Shown here piece by piece: positions 28,201 through 33,481 of a stretch of DNA of 64,000 nucleotides (within the stretch, counting starts at the first letter, position 1; each line of letters begins with the position of its first letter). The stretch lies in the NCBI GenBank assembly GCA_001643675.2, contig LSRY02000032.1, positions 124,001 to 188,000 on the forward strand. Reading direction: 5' to 3'. Below the pieces are notes generated by a model. The model ran no database searches. It was not told the origin of the DNA and worked only from the letters and a program-made list of their open reading frames with translations. The DNA is from Monocercomonoides exilis PA203 (lineage: Eukaryota > Protista > Preaxostyla). The position numbers were made by a program, and so were the translations under genes.

Positions 28201-31200
28201 AGGAGAGGGGTGGGCAGAATCTGCTCAGAGGGAGTGCGGGAGAGGGAAGCGGGGATAGATAATGAGTCAGTGGATGAGGTTGTGGATAATTGTGTGATTG
28301 AAGTTGAAGATGAGGAAGACAAGGAAGAAGAAGAAGTTGAAGAGGAAGAAGAAGAAGGTGTTTGTGTGCCTGCCAATTGTGTTGGCTCAGTCTGTGTCAT
28401 ACAAAGCGACAGTTCATCGTCGTTTTCGCGTTGTGTCTGCTGGCTGTCTGGCTGGTTGGCTTCAGCTGTTTCACCTGCTTCGTCCATCTTATTCCCTTCA
28501 TTCCCTTCTTTTTCACTCAAATTCATAGTTTTGTCATTCACCTCTGCTCCTAAATTCTTCTTCATTTTCCCATTCCTTTCCGTTTTCCCTTCCTTTGTCC
28601 CATATTTCGCCTCTAATTCCGTTTCCTCGCTGTGGCTGTTAATCCCCTGATAAATGTGTACTTTCCCTGGAACACAGAACGCAGCCACAAAATGCGGCGT
28701 CTGGTGCCAATTCGCATGTGGATCTACAACACGCTGTGGTTCTTGTCTGAAGAATGAAGAGGAAGAGGAAGAAGATGATGATGAAGACAGCTGTCCAACT
28801 GCATTCAGCATACGAGGGGTTGAAGCAGGACTTCCCATCACACTTCTTCCAGGATAGCCAGCTGATGACGAGTAATAAGGATAAGCACCAGAAACTCCAC
28901 CAAGTGGCGAAGACAGCACAGAATTCCCAAACAGACTCGAATAACTCCCATACACTCCTCCAACATATTCTCCTCCACCAACACCCGCAGTGCCATACGG
29001 AAACCCATCGCCATACAGCAAGCTCCCCACTGAGCCATTTCCTGAATGCGCGCCATCGCTACCTCCTTGTCCATACGCCGAGTAAGGCGATACTCCCATC
29101 GTCGGGTGCAGATGCTTGCGGAGTGGGTTGATCTGCCTCACACCAGCAGATGCGCCGTCAAATTTGGAAGAGAAAGGGCGGGATCCGACAGAAGCTGAAC
29201 GGGAACTGCCAGAAGAAGAAGAAGAAGATGTGGAAGCAATGGATGACTTCTTTGAGACACCTGATGGAGACGAAGAGCGTGCTCTTTCATTGGCAGCAAA
29301 CTGTTTTTTGGCAGAGGAAGGCGGGTGGTGCAAGTTGTCATAGGAAGTTTCATCATTTCCGTTCTCGTTCTGCTCAAGTGAATACAGAAAGGAGCCTGGA
29401 AAGCCAGGTGCGGATGAACCTGAGCCTGAGCCTGAACCAGAAGCAGAAACAGAAGCAGAAGCAGCAGCAGCTGTGATGGATGAAGGGAAGAGCAGTGCGG
29501 AAGGATGATCGATTGAAGCAGTAGCTGCAGCTGCAGCTGCAGAGGCAGAAGCAGAAGAAGAAGAAGAAGGCAGCATTGCAACATCAGAAGTGGTTCTTTC
29601 ATTCTGCAAGTCAAAATAGAAATCACTCATTTCGTCTTGTCCGTTTCTTCTTCTTTTTCCCCACATTCTTTCTCTCTCCATCTTCTCCTTCTCCTTCTTC
29701 TCCTGCTCCATCTTCTGCCTTCTCATCCTCTCGTTCTCTGCATCCAGCACCCTGTTCTTCACCTCCTGCGTCGAATTCGCCAGGAAAAACGACAGAAGCA
29801 CCGTCGAGTCTTCGCAAAGTGCCAACGTGGAGCCATCGTTTGGAGGCATTGGCGGGAACTGCATGTTCTCCAGCTGGCAGAAGTCCCCTAAGTCGTTGAT
29901 GGAGATTGGCCAACCGTGGGCAGTTGGGATGGTGTGAATGGGGAAAGGGGGGAGGGTGATACGGGTTGGGTAGAGACGGGAGATGACTGAAGAAGAAGAA
30001 GAAGATGATGATGAAGAAACGGCAGCTAGTGATGTTGGTGATGATGGGATTGAGTGTGCAGTTGATGTGCCATTAGCTGCATCTCCCTGTGGACTGTTTG
30101 CTGAAGCAACTGAAGAAGAAGGCAATTGTGGAGCAATATCTGGATGTTTGATGTCTCCCAGTACAAACTGCGAAAACGAGCGGGGCAGCACGTATTCCAC
30201 AGCGCGCGTGAGTGGGAAATGGCCCGGGTAGTACATAGCAAGCGCGGAAGGGTCGATTTTCTGTCTCTTCACAGCTGGGTCAAAGGGGCTGTGCTGCTGC
30301 AGGAGCTCTTCGACGGTGTATCCGTGTGTCTCGATGGTCGGGTGGTCGATGAGGTGCGGGCGGGGAAGCTGGCGAGGAGAGGATGGAAGGGCAGGATGGG
30401 ATGATTGGGTAGATTGGGCTGATTGAGTAGATGAAGGGTCTGTGGAGGAAGAGGAGAATTCTGACTCGGTGGAAAAAGAAGAAGAAGATGATGATGATGA
30501 TGAGAAGGAAGAAGAGGAAGAAGTAGAAGTAGAAAAAGACCCGGAATTTGTAGCAGGGCCACTCCAATTAGAAGCATTTCCCACTCCAAATCCACCCTGC
30601 CCTGCCAGCCCTGCCAGCCCAGCCACTCCTGCCCCCTTTTCGCTTCCTCCAACAGGCACATTGGCAGCAAGCTCTGTGCCTTTGATTCCCATCAGCGTTC
30701 TTCTAATCCCTTCGTCGTATCGCTCAAACAGCGTCCCGTTCAGCAGCTTCACCACCTGGTTTTTTTCTGTCTCCCCCAAGTTCTCAGACTCAAAGAAGGA
30801 CAGCTGATTCTCATTGATCACTGTTGATGGCTGCGGAGGTGCGAATTTGAAGAGAAGCAGCGAAAAATCGTCGGGAACGAGCTGCAGTGTGGAGCGGTTC
30901 TCGTTCGCTTCTCGCATAATACGAGGCGCCTTTTGGGTTGTTTGACTGGGAATATCAGATAGAGAGAGATCCGAAGAAGAAGGAGAAATAGAAGATGATG
31001 ATGATAAAGATCCAGCTGAAGAAGCATTCGTGCTCTTCTGTTGCGAAGGCGACCAGAGATCGAACAGAGGGGGCTCAGGTGGGCGAGGGATCAAAATCGT
31101 CGGGCGCAGCCTCGGTGGTGAATCAGAAGTCGATTGGCGGCTTGCCTGGCGATGGCTGTGATCACACTGAGAGTTGGCAATGGAGTGCGTGCGGGAGCGG

Positions 31201-32153
31201 CCTGCGGTGCGCGATGGAGTGTTGTGTGCTGAGGAATCCTTCTGCACTCGCCGTGTCTGTGCACTCATCGTTGGAGATGCAGCGATTGCGGTCAGTGAAA
31301 TGGGCTGTGTTCCGAGTATTGCTGGGACGGGAGAGATTGGAGGGGATGTTCCAAAGGGAAGATTTGAATTGTACCTTCTTGATAGAAACGAGGTCGGGGA
31401 CGATTGCTGCGAAGGCGAATATTGAGAAATACTGAGTGAGCGAGACGTTGCAGAAAAACTTTGTTTGAGCGAACTTCCATAGGAAGACCCCAGACGATGA
31501 ATATCTGGGGATTGAGGAGGAAGAGAATCGCTTTGAACTCTATTATCTTGCAGGATCATTTCAGTATCCCTGCGCTTTAATGATGATAAAGTCGGAGATG
31601 CAACATTTTCACGTGACGATGAATACGAAGGAGTTGGAGAAGAAGATAATAAATGTTGGGATGTTGGTCTAACCTGCTGCCTGTTTTTATTTGCTGAAGA
31701 AGATATAATTCTCTCTATTTCGGTCATATCTGGAATAGAATTTGCGTCAAGTGGAATTGGACAATCAGTATGCCTTCTCCAAAATCTTCGAAATTTTGGA
31801 CTTTCACAACAAAGCCTTAAGATCCGTTCTTTAAATTCATAAGCAGTTTCCCCAGGTTTAACAGTAAAAAATCCTCGTGGTGGTATTATTTTTGGAGGTG
31901 GTTGATCCGTTAAGTTTGTTTGAGAATTAAGCAAGGAAGCATCTGATAGACTTTGTTGGAGGTCGGGATCATATAAAGGTATAACAGATGATTGCTCTAT
32001 TATACGTTGTTTGACAGGAAAGGGCGCTTCACTGAATAAAATGTCAGGCTCATCGAAGACAAACACAACATAGAACCCTGGAATGGTAGATAAATCAGGA
32101 CCTTGTTGAAATTGATGGTTCGCTTGTTGTGGAGTCATTGGATAAGCAGTCAT
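7293..32153 (-). CDS. Giant 8286-aa uninterrupted ORF: PPP-family Ser/Thr phosphatase (PP5/PPEF/PP7-like) with a split catalytic domain in Ser-rich low-complexity sequence
   Basis: 24.9-kb open frame. All PPP motifs occur in order: GDIHG (17598-17612), GDYVDRG (17493-17513), LRGNHE (~17406-17423), FNNMP, ICHGG (~12210-12224), LWADP (~12046-12060), LIRAHQ (~11941-11958), TVFSCYDYCG (~11864-11893). Confidence 0.9.
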   Translation of the reverse strand: MTAYPMTPQQANHQFQQGPDLSTIPGFYVVFVFDEPDILFSEAPFPVKQRIIEQSSVIPLYDPDLQQSLSDASLLNSQTNLTDQPPPKIIPPRGFFTVKPGETAYEFKERILRLCCESPKFRRFWRRHTDCPIPLDANSIPDMTEIERIISSSANKNRQQVRPTSQHLLSSSPTPSYSSSRENVASPTLSSLKRRDTEMILQDNRVQSDSLPPQSPDIHRLGSSYGSSLKQSFSATSRSLSISQYSPSQQSSPTSFLSRRYNSNLPFGTSPPISPVPAILGTQPISLTAIAASPTMSAQTRRVQKDSSAHNTPSRTAGRSRTHSIANSQCDHSHRQASRQSTSDSPPRLRPTILIPRPPEPPLFDLWSPSQQKSTNASSAGSLSSSSSISPSSSDLSLSDIPSQTTQKAPRIMREANENRSTLQLVPDDFSLLLFKFAPPQPSTVINENQLSFFESENLGETEKNQVVKLLNGTLFERYDEGIRRTLMGIKGTELAANVPVGGSEKGAGVAGLAGLAGQGGFGVGNASNWSGPATNSGSFSTSTSSSSSFSSSSSSSSSFSTESEFSSSSTDPSSTQSAQSTQSSHPALPSSPRQLPRPHLIDHPTIETHGYTVEELLQQHSPFDPAVKRQKIDPSALAMYYPGHFPLTRAVEYVLPRSFSQFVLGDIKHPDIAPQLPSSSVASANSPQGDAANGTSTAHSIPSSPTSLAAVSSSSSSSSSSVISRLYPTRITLPPFPIHTIPTAHGWPISINDLGDFCQLENMQFPPMPPNDGSTLALCEDSTVLLSFFLANSTQEVKNRVLDAENERMRRQKMEQEKKEKEKMERERMWGKRRRNGQDEMSDFYFDLQNERTTSDVAMLPSSSSSASASAAAAAATASIDHPSALLFPSSITAAAASASVSASGSGSGSGSSAPGFPGSFLYSLEQNENGNDETSYDNLHHPPSSAKKQFAANERARSSSPSGVSKKSSIASTSSSSSSGSSRSASVGSRPFSSKFDGASAGVRQINPLRKHLHPTMGVSPYSAYGQGGSDGAHSGNGSVGSLLYGDGFPYGTAGVGGGEYVGGVYGSYSSLFGNSVLSSPLGGVSGAYPYYSSSAGYPGRSVMGSPASTPRMLNAVGQLSSSSSSSSSSSFFRQEPQRVVDPHANWHQTPHFVAAFCVPGKVHIYQGINSHSEETELEAKYGTKEGKTERNGKMKKNLGAEVNDKTMNLSEKEGNEGNKMDEAGETAEANQPDSQQTQRENDDELSLCMTQTEPTQLAGTQTPSSSSSSTSSSSLSSSSSTSITQLSTTSSTDSLSIPASLSRTPSEQILPTPLLHPTSTLVAIITQGRRIIGQCIFPSDMPFVTVLRNMAVFTRPSSKTPPGPAELDDINGRIAGYDEEGKLVCVIPNHTEMPCEKAYQPGNDQMTDEQKIVAKEGKERRERNRMRKHAIVLREKEKEKERLKAKEKEKEKEKEKENSALKDSSSSDKRKAENQKGSSNGGKMKETSQKSQTIKQKIDNQNSLKRQEMLKNQGSQQKIGKKQRESKEEDDEEEEEEEEMSEDEKAEEGKVEAGKGVKDALNKKKEGKAKVDDEDEEEEEEEEEEEEEEEDDDDEEEEEEEEDEEEDEEKKSEKKLQKTVRIRSKKPKTYKTDKTEREYSQKSKVKQEANADELSKSSSPSELLSDNDNDVNDGNDNDDGIEDRDPSTILLEEIWAPPVLPDALPSAVAAAANPNPNSNSNSMTTSQNKQQAYKELSQTQSQSQQLQQQNSKTGKNRIQPANSEQSSSNNPVASSSGLTPIEQLRFARLLLQAVNNRIIPQFSIHTSAAHRGEFGRAIKRMVKKVAREERLARIVLAVRRREEERGRLRVKNVAATEEEEEEEEEYYDDEANRRRMKRKGMQSANNAASDASRRSTNSSRTSNNSQRGKTSTNGGENEIGEQKDTKNAIMPLNSKQNSSSSSSSSSPSPYMRSRRMTIASTPSGLSISSSIASFSQKTPGSPLSRDIRTEYFQRSKTKALPSSPTPSRSRTMTPVLQRPIGSGTTNGTANGMGNGTGIGTGSNSPTGSSSSDQQSTTNHTHSQLQLPPTGKQVTQPTQSKSRTSSLLKSPSYLRNQSAHSMSLSPSLSKRSNAFSPAFKSPQHTSLPQTNDTTLPSFTSTSSSSSSSSSSSSPSFSFNVPSSISTSGSTSPALLIRSRSVSASGGKLPLRRGYFSENESISPSTQRFLSERGRQREGVLGVATYVGSQQNQAFLANSGSSSSAVAAAASAISAASALSTTPQRHFDGSSLGSESNRFLSQSEAEFARQRNASTPHLSPSQSSSFLSSPQSPASSVQSALSPCPSSSPSSPSPSSSSRHPSPTALVSDMIDSIIRRQRRQWKRTAVLKEKKRSRRIKQRIIRKKIASLPQTALYLCWRRYIGETSLGLAGSATGGGVLKPIVIPSKWAGRNSMSSSASSFRSSTPSVNGRAKNGMLSSPQRRGYQCHYSHSNANSHSNTQSHTHSHTHSHTHSHSYAHRASPSSPAPLNSFDSKSPSPVLTSSPSPAPSPSPSPSPSSSSPSPAPSFASRVNSVSTSHSIHQVPGANGGIFLSSGIDSTGMTEEEIEEMEREMRLAQEQEQEHEQENEQEQDEEAIRLQYEQRLFESKKRKWERRNKREFIRRQRGTSHSPVFEPRPLLLDCNLFDEKIEDELSTSSGIEDDEEEAMEEMCNLASSNCACHSASASAAASACGRRERERGGEEVDEQNNNGYGEDYNDDVASRSVAPTPASAHILWKDLIPSGSSSFSPSFSSSSSSSPSASSSSSSSSPSSSSLTHTNTLSRHSSELSPQPSPTLTKLHRSMTVSTGKYSTPLLPSKTEVYSVSSSADSIYSASLSAASSSSSAAAAAGGGGGSFVSSTQTLPQEPESPTKQAIKQSNQTVFTPQHRLRSQTHPLPHSQTAQMAQNTQNAQSSQSSQGIQTIQTVQVTQQIPTSAQVMVKSQEMQLKQEIGSVSSSASVSDSSKQRQIANSDSSLLPSNEFDSPIGRADVNAVKEGSSFSTQSVGLHPSSSSSSSSSSSSSKTSPSSVSMLTPPSTPSLQSPSAQSYHSLSQLPLLDRQQQANGSSMKTHKKLNESQTLQGTRKTRRGITEAGIAGTATATGNRNQMKMTATMRRRKQRRRRRRSDVLKEWDEEQDAFEDECRDEDAAEYVWLRVKDSLSKSGFFLDEFSSSSEENAEDDEECDEGVLFEEMEIGNSIYVDNGNMLKEVDGCGNVIESGVIGIKSAEQGRTEDMQSRVIATPSVDSHVIDNPLLSIQNADDNIHIPQPFTNGMVNNRPMKSTSGRCAGDDLFVVVSADEDEDEGEEEMNEEENEKDSQNKANNYLNGTAADVKMTVNEQGGSKQNNQNMNLSSNSMNEDKDDSNMNAPIVLNNQMDVEENTIIRESTQMTETEPLSQTPKATSPTPQIISAASASASSASAQPLGNVSNASSSSSSSSSSSSSSSSSSSSSNVLPEVLSSTLTLTPQSTRSILPAKGKKREKKEKKKPLFLTDRSAVKSNKALPGDRWYTAAEEEEESEGSWCNRVLDEEDVSWMHDVEKKKEMEAKRERRECMGRRKEKDKMKKEKLQQALEEAQQKHKILQEDKLQSLKNSEICENKPEITPSDTVCVPSSQQLSEFEVNSLTQKTPSLMSASSSLTPTTSLKYGLSAATSAVSAVTPLTPADTASSLMSVPSMTQKASSSSSSSSSSSSSSSHPSSSSKRSTFIQRRAQRLFLSQQRNRIGLAIEHAEEVMDSFAALEFASQLRERASMRLPLRIASSHQMPAVDLTRSSWVFEAVRNGGGGRKNWMAWDQVQMGMRQGYSSLSSPSPSPSFPSPSSLSSSSSFNSNSCPSSFMLTPVVHHATPAFNESSPQLPQFSSLFTSRHPSPTPPTLSSSSSSSFSSFSQHASSAFTSSSSSFSSTSSSSTSTYSSSSSPAISSSSSSSSSSQSFPSPVSKRGQVAPRPPPPLPNYQLVPHNTQNTSDPQLQLSMQSSSPFSSHIPSSSSSSSAFPSSPNLPSSSMSQSDPLAVQSPSEQYYLSDSLPTPIGQSFLFPDPFSMPTCLHHSFNQFSMQSSTMLSSSSSFSSSSSYSSSPSPSPSSSSSPLFPISPSDGELPPRMFQPFVTSHAPLVPCNHTCRIVGFFESWRMSYQVIYHPFHHRYLPVTHRPPQDILQNALTRDVGETVAEKGEKGRRARERKTKSKNRYAKGGGGGNGGGGGGGNGVDGDGTGEDAAGKKLHTFYSTTLTERMKRRLALFETKKRALRLKGKKDKLAKISRACAKETRRFKFAEAKHKARIREREQDEKIFMSANQIASPSQMTPKPSSSSSSSAAGSSSTSSSSSSSCRLNSRKYGAQSPRMSASSLTFSTLTSAGPAPLSSSSSSSSSSSPSSSNTNLNAFPFSPVNSSISSHSFSAFASSPTAALQKSPFHPPPPSNTSALSAPSETATVTAAMLSSAVLTPSISRAGPNALVNQHRMSQTTQMRNGGAVLYSPATGHVTQPPSSSSSIFALGSSSNLPVTSSSSSSSSLDAITHTSICCPLCCCTHHHSHPLREGSSSQFTIAPSRALKRISRTTFRCSSHSAAVLFPSTLFDPRQAAFRFGWHRSPTEMHILRQPYPPPRLGFPVSEEGITLSFVENVRRVIFCRYDPITMQLALHFSSDMIVSILSLAKQHYSKHGTSMLVKLDVHFGPGYRKGKGVTYINAETMKKRRKRRRLREEKRIEKEKAKQSKGRMEDDNRENEAGKLIDILEEGEEDEDEEDYVEEWDEEDLFESDESNSSNGNQSKPSSFKFKDTSAIPPLSSSAKSAISSHNSEIAYSASTAPDPGTTTEEENINGLLVVGDIHGSLNSLRSALSVMDAVIKAPAGRSAVVFLGDYVDRGKNSLEVILLLLLYRLALPNKVFLLRGNHESFRSFDWGFNDELHSKIKVDEKECFGYRKEDGMGKLGQDSRSKPKLPHPLYLQFLDLFNNMPMAMIITLKYHPPLPVVPQPDKLKSLFEKVEEEERKMRKKKEKKNNMLSNDGNKLDFGAILSKDDVDARTLAEKVYKEQMAIYNQWVEKYNEQQKFLKEYKENMQKKQQMSKQQRESLQTTPFSAHFEAQNGQFSLHSSANNLYSTNSQQQQQLSTISSPSSDSFLQSIKYSSSIKTAGSSSEQHTPMTQSLSPSLTHTPLHQARQDISGRDTAQLQRSKAQSLLSPTTYVSLVHNQSLSPTQSASAPLSVKEPFNQEIQGASKSSGILNRIHPQDSEMKLKQQQLQSLSKHLSGSQLSLAAGNNPSSAAVTPLLSDRQSLLPSDITPSRSDTLSSISLTQGVDSVDATPVVASSEVTSAKIGSSFSPSIFPGIVASPASVNGKTMNASFINCSIPSFLSVCTLCGIATAVDSADSARTFNGKSPADFGNSIYPLKNMNMQSRSSLSNSYNEAYNPLAPPLDPTRTIQVPYASLSVQSPSLLSKSQQPASQSLLSISRPSLHASLSQPSLPLATFAHDLLESLPTPDSGSSSFSSPASNSSLLLQSSPVFQASPAAPLRLYQNQSMQKPNFYNQYLHNFSFQSHNSLAMTPPTSPMKGGHNSVPLTLNASSGGSILYPSTVASSASALALSSTNNISTDVTSHSPSLNRNPDVPQKLTDYQESPSVQKQFQTSTSKLPSCPYHSLPLLTNSCEIASFKSSKQFSGNDSFLICTSCIQHLFSSVSQLKMRRKRKTHCSRRFRVVGSHSAPHSPFACSMSNSTAESALLKDVTINDNGCNSSSEEGDDDNDDNDDDVFGSFTNDDEMDIDAYNSLKRRWSNSLICSKSSAGKAFHVSEGNKSLNNLNRTDNSSLKGDEDTTQKIFRSKVHRRGRWSVEYKTVSYNSPELCSVRKMDAEFGSKNAKVEEINTKTVFAKEEQLSSKANRQNSDKESQSHNQKEKKKKFSNRLMRKSAKTERRDSASDGSITSSSVLSNSTATSECGSSHSTSFSISSTSLTLPSSTMPPTPCSLFELSVDSTASPPEMSSSVSLETERVAESELEVHKEQTSEMERQKMRDSLRDADTFFERKKMMKLGPVDEKARSLEAEQNEDNSYNNTKGKQEDKDDEDDEEEVDEDEEEEEEDFDESEESEQTSNAHHHSSRKAYLSTARSPGDNSYGMSFSDPQIDLSNFNEERMYSFSTPEHQHPHRKHSHEEKQRILQHQKMRERLRDEQHFRHSLQRRYQFAHSRHQSASPLGVRTHLKSRSPSTSCSSSSSSALAAAAEAVSSHSRSPSDNLLQKKSSRSLSNPCIPGLLHQPPLLSQPKREVLNKKSVSFSKNWLHTKSPSLFSSCSPKSFLSRMESWTFHPSATHMPFHPLLTGHCILSALRKSPSLLMHSAFVNDRKFLSFNQLRQSSAPSASLKAKYSAASSVATPTPSPSASPPLCHSIHPNPATSSYSKHRRSVSCPPLSRRITSACCICGKRSIALFDGIATETPQVNAATLRQTQINSFKDSNICCQDVSISTLASSSSSDAVSASASVNSSSFKQTFLFPNPSAIDASSSSQASSSASASSATQSALSPFSAAQLPSATSLPQLMNQNATLSSPSTSSISSSLPQSSSSSSTESTSPTSNMLQPNNDTFPEHPFPFALIPPPPPPPRPPPNPPASLLPTAPLPPIIEERRILICHGGFSAMIPCLNVEEEMPQMPRFDYFRECEDPLTRLYNFGHDRQRYQDIQHTTLWADPGDVDLPNGNRTPYSLDTCRRFMASNNIDMLIRAHQFFPRGFAAAHENRVVTVFSCYDYCGPNQASVLLLKLTPPTHAAVAGMSEAKLLAERLIRGERVKREIKVAETKLNRAEKAGQIYATLRKLLKDREAAAAERARRREKRREELIERKRERDQRNAMRSKVFSTPQVSTHSALRKDAENMQNANIEQSPTQKQQIQLDQLQTQQLLRSSSTTSSPSNGTVGVAFSPSIPASSTTQPFSRSSLPVPLTINSVPTRFGNDAQSTALSSTASAPQSEDGVGSAGNVQLPMCNLKEEGINNTNQNNTVNNLANKQAFDLDEKDSSKERSLNSAISPPASPPSPPPDLVTSSSKQQASSVLSFSHYSPLSTLTFSESIPQPAQSLASLASLPQFQLQQQIPGSRQSSSTIACSPSSLYQSDSQSTFPTVSFESHPLTQQHQPGICSSSSPLFLTPPDTPNSMLKPSLSPASLTTSPSTHRPLSPLSSSLTSSPVSPSSPSSTPTPIPSPQSPPFPEIAFPYLSSFSFTFSPAMRSTFPQAQTPFLMTPNALHHPSLRQTPTSSSSLASLPFNLSPSSKHLGAFSCVPVLLAHPSASLSTGPASSSTAISSPSPSSSSIIPFIPSATASVISQLCFAPSLLASIASGQNITQRDIQEALATLNTVSVHSQLSRHLSATYSMKYSLSSFFFAALSLPSVVPASSASMMNAVGLQQINYPIILPRLDKLVCVTGTQNDSNEGDSKRKGQNSRGQMQQKRLSLKGAQIAGRKAEQQKSLSSANFSPLKRMDDTKVKSKASLISVSSPKMSKQSSAYPSHSVSPSPMSQTMSASSLGTSSSSCCFSPTSMSITQSTLMSPSMHIQKADTSASSTPQLQGKSLQSTGSQISLSPFLTHYTTLALRRALLSFLSLPKTTENYVHLAPVLSVDIIQYGPLRNMETLMVGNIENMMYEAEQVIELRGEQETQKRQEIKKRLLKEKPWRRFEFGIDEMIDDPDVEGQMEEEEKQIKEEEEALEKMRLKDSQLILEVMMRMKACSIDEAMQKIEKLRKKQKEKGKERNIVELSKEPLRKLETDKKRKIKVSVASTSDLFLDPMSQMCQPSCSRSAPDSNSGLLQTSSLSPTTDGASQTSSVPRVLNYQKPGVNANLLLSTVETPPQSVISLKQPETFIMNGQFDQATSKGADQHQEMGEASEGANMEREREIDENERKLRQKELVEIEKLMKDAIRELTRYYGSDWLKELSERLNEIRLDILQEMKMKSEKEAENELRIKLKEICKQLEQIAMIDNMEDEQIGDGAITSMNETISGSAFNNSKIAQSESAINLRDMSNLSESQKLLMQSGSRSSAWDPNAIDMEAKQPTQSSSNFMQLSESSSDKSLFLQHSHQQHQTTRHSLRRRSKTVRVSDAEMDADGDEDDTSREREDENWKATSETEEQYEDRSDSENLSQKQLLSDNQTSDDTDDLGDATILTQRRSEETSFKDMQMDVERESNELHPSEDELHKTGTIDKEIASQAADSFERQNIFGNGSSYLFDERQTIIENGTEEHDEGTPGEELAFEDQTGGIDAEIIFEDDSEQEREKENETLLL

Positions 32154-32476
32154 GCCTTTGAAATTTTCAACTCAATGTTCTTTTCAAGGCGCGGGTTTTT
32201 TGGTTTTTTTAAGTGAAGCGAAAGTCATGCCCATAATGATATGTGTTGTTTTCTTTTTTTAGATTATTTCATCTGAAGATCTAATGCAAATTGAGAAAAA
32301 GAGTACGAATTGCATTGACAATGACATTGAAGAAATACATGATATTAAAACTCAATAAAATACTTTTCACTTATTTTTCTAAGGATTTTTAAGAACGAAA
32401 ATAAAGTCTATTTAAAAAATAAACATTCCATAAGACATATTATACTATCAATTTTTTTGCAAGAACATGAATTCAA

Positions 32477-32477
32477 T

Positions 32478-32509
<32 letters not shown>
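32477..32509. repeat. Poly(A) tract in the ~400-bp divergent intergenic region between the giant phosphatase and AMMECR1
   Basis: About 31 consecutive A residues. Confidence 0.85.
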
Positions 32510-32511
<2 letters not shown>

Positions 32512-32564
32512 CAAAAATCATTCGCCTTAAAAGAAAAAAAAAAGGGTGCAGTAAATAAAATGAA

Positions 32565-33419
32565 ATGTTGATTTTTTTGTCTCTGTATTTTCTAAATGAT
32601 ATTTTTGCGTTTAGCGGGTCTCAAGATCTTTGCGGATATTGCTTTGATACCCTTGTAAACTCATTTGACAAAAGAAATTCCATTTTATCTCCTTCCTTTA
32701 AGAATGAGCAACAGTTTGTGTATTGTTTCTTTGTGTGGTTGAATTTTATTATTTATAACTATAGTCCAATTTTTGTCACTTGGAAGAAAAAAGGGCAACT
32801 TAGAGGATGTATTGGTTTGCGGATTTAATTCACAAAAACATTTTTATTTTTAACTATAAAATGTTAAGGAACATTTTCTCCTCTTCCTCTTCATTCGGGC
32901 CTTCAAGAATATGCACTAATAAGTGCAAAAAGAGACGATCGCTTCCGGCCAATTTCTGTTTCAGAAGTTCCAGATTTAGATGTTACTGTTTCAATAATGC
33001 ATTCTTTTGAGCAAGCATCAAGATGGGATGATTGGAAAGTATTCCATTTTTTTTTCCAAAAAATATAACATTAGCATTCTTGTTTTAGGTTGGGGTACAT
33101 GGAATACGAGTTTCTTTGAATGATGGAACATCTATTTATTCTGCAACCTATCTTCCAGAAGTCATGTCCGAACTAGGTTGGAATCAAGAACAAGCTATTG
33201 AATCTTGCCTCCAAAAAGGTGGCTATAGAGGGAAATTAAACGATCGCATAAAAGCTCAAGTTCAAGTTACTCGATATCAAACATCCATATCAAAAATGGA
33301 CTATCAAGAATACATTCAATGGAGAAGTTTGAATTTTTATTTTTTTATCAATAATTTTGTGTTGCTTAATTTTTTTTAAAAAAGAAGCAAAGCTTACATC
33401 TATTCGAGGAGATCTTTGA
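32565..33419 (+). CDS. AMMECR1: AMMECR1-family protein; at least 4 introns, first codon uncertain
   Basis: Spliced: CGYCFDTL..PIFVTWKKKGQLRGCIG|TFSPLPLHSGLQEYALISAKRDDRFRPIS..DVTVSIMHSFE..WDDWK|VGVHGI..SATYLPEV..GW..AIESCLQKGGY..VTRYQT. The LRGCIG, DxRFxPI and ATYLPEV signatures are present. Introns 32714-32764, 32815-32868, 33039-33088, 33327-33384. Confidence 0.93.
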
Positions 33420-33481
33420 TCATAATCTTGATTGATTTTATAAAAAATAGTTTTGGGTCGATAATAAAAGTTTTTTTCTTA

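Noticed and set aside
7700-31500. Many short antisense and alternate-frame ORFs (poly-E, poly-L, poly-K) overlapping the giant ORF
   Set aside because: They are shadows of TCT/TCC/GAA low-complexity codons that lack stops, with no independent motifs.
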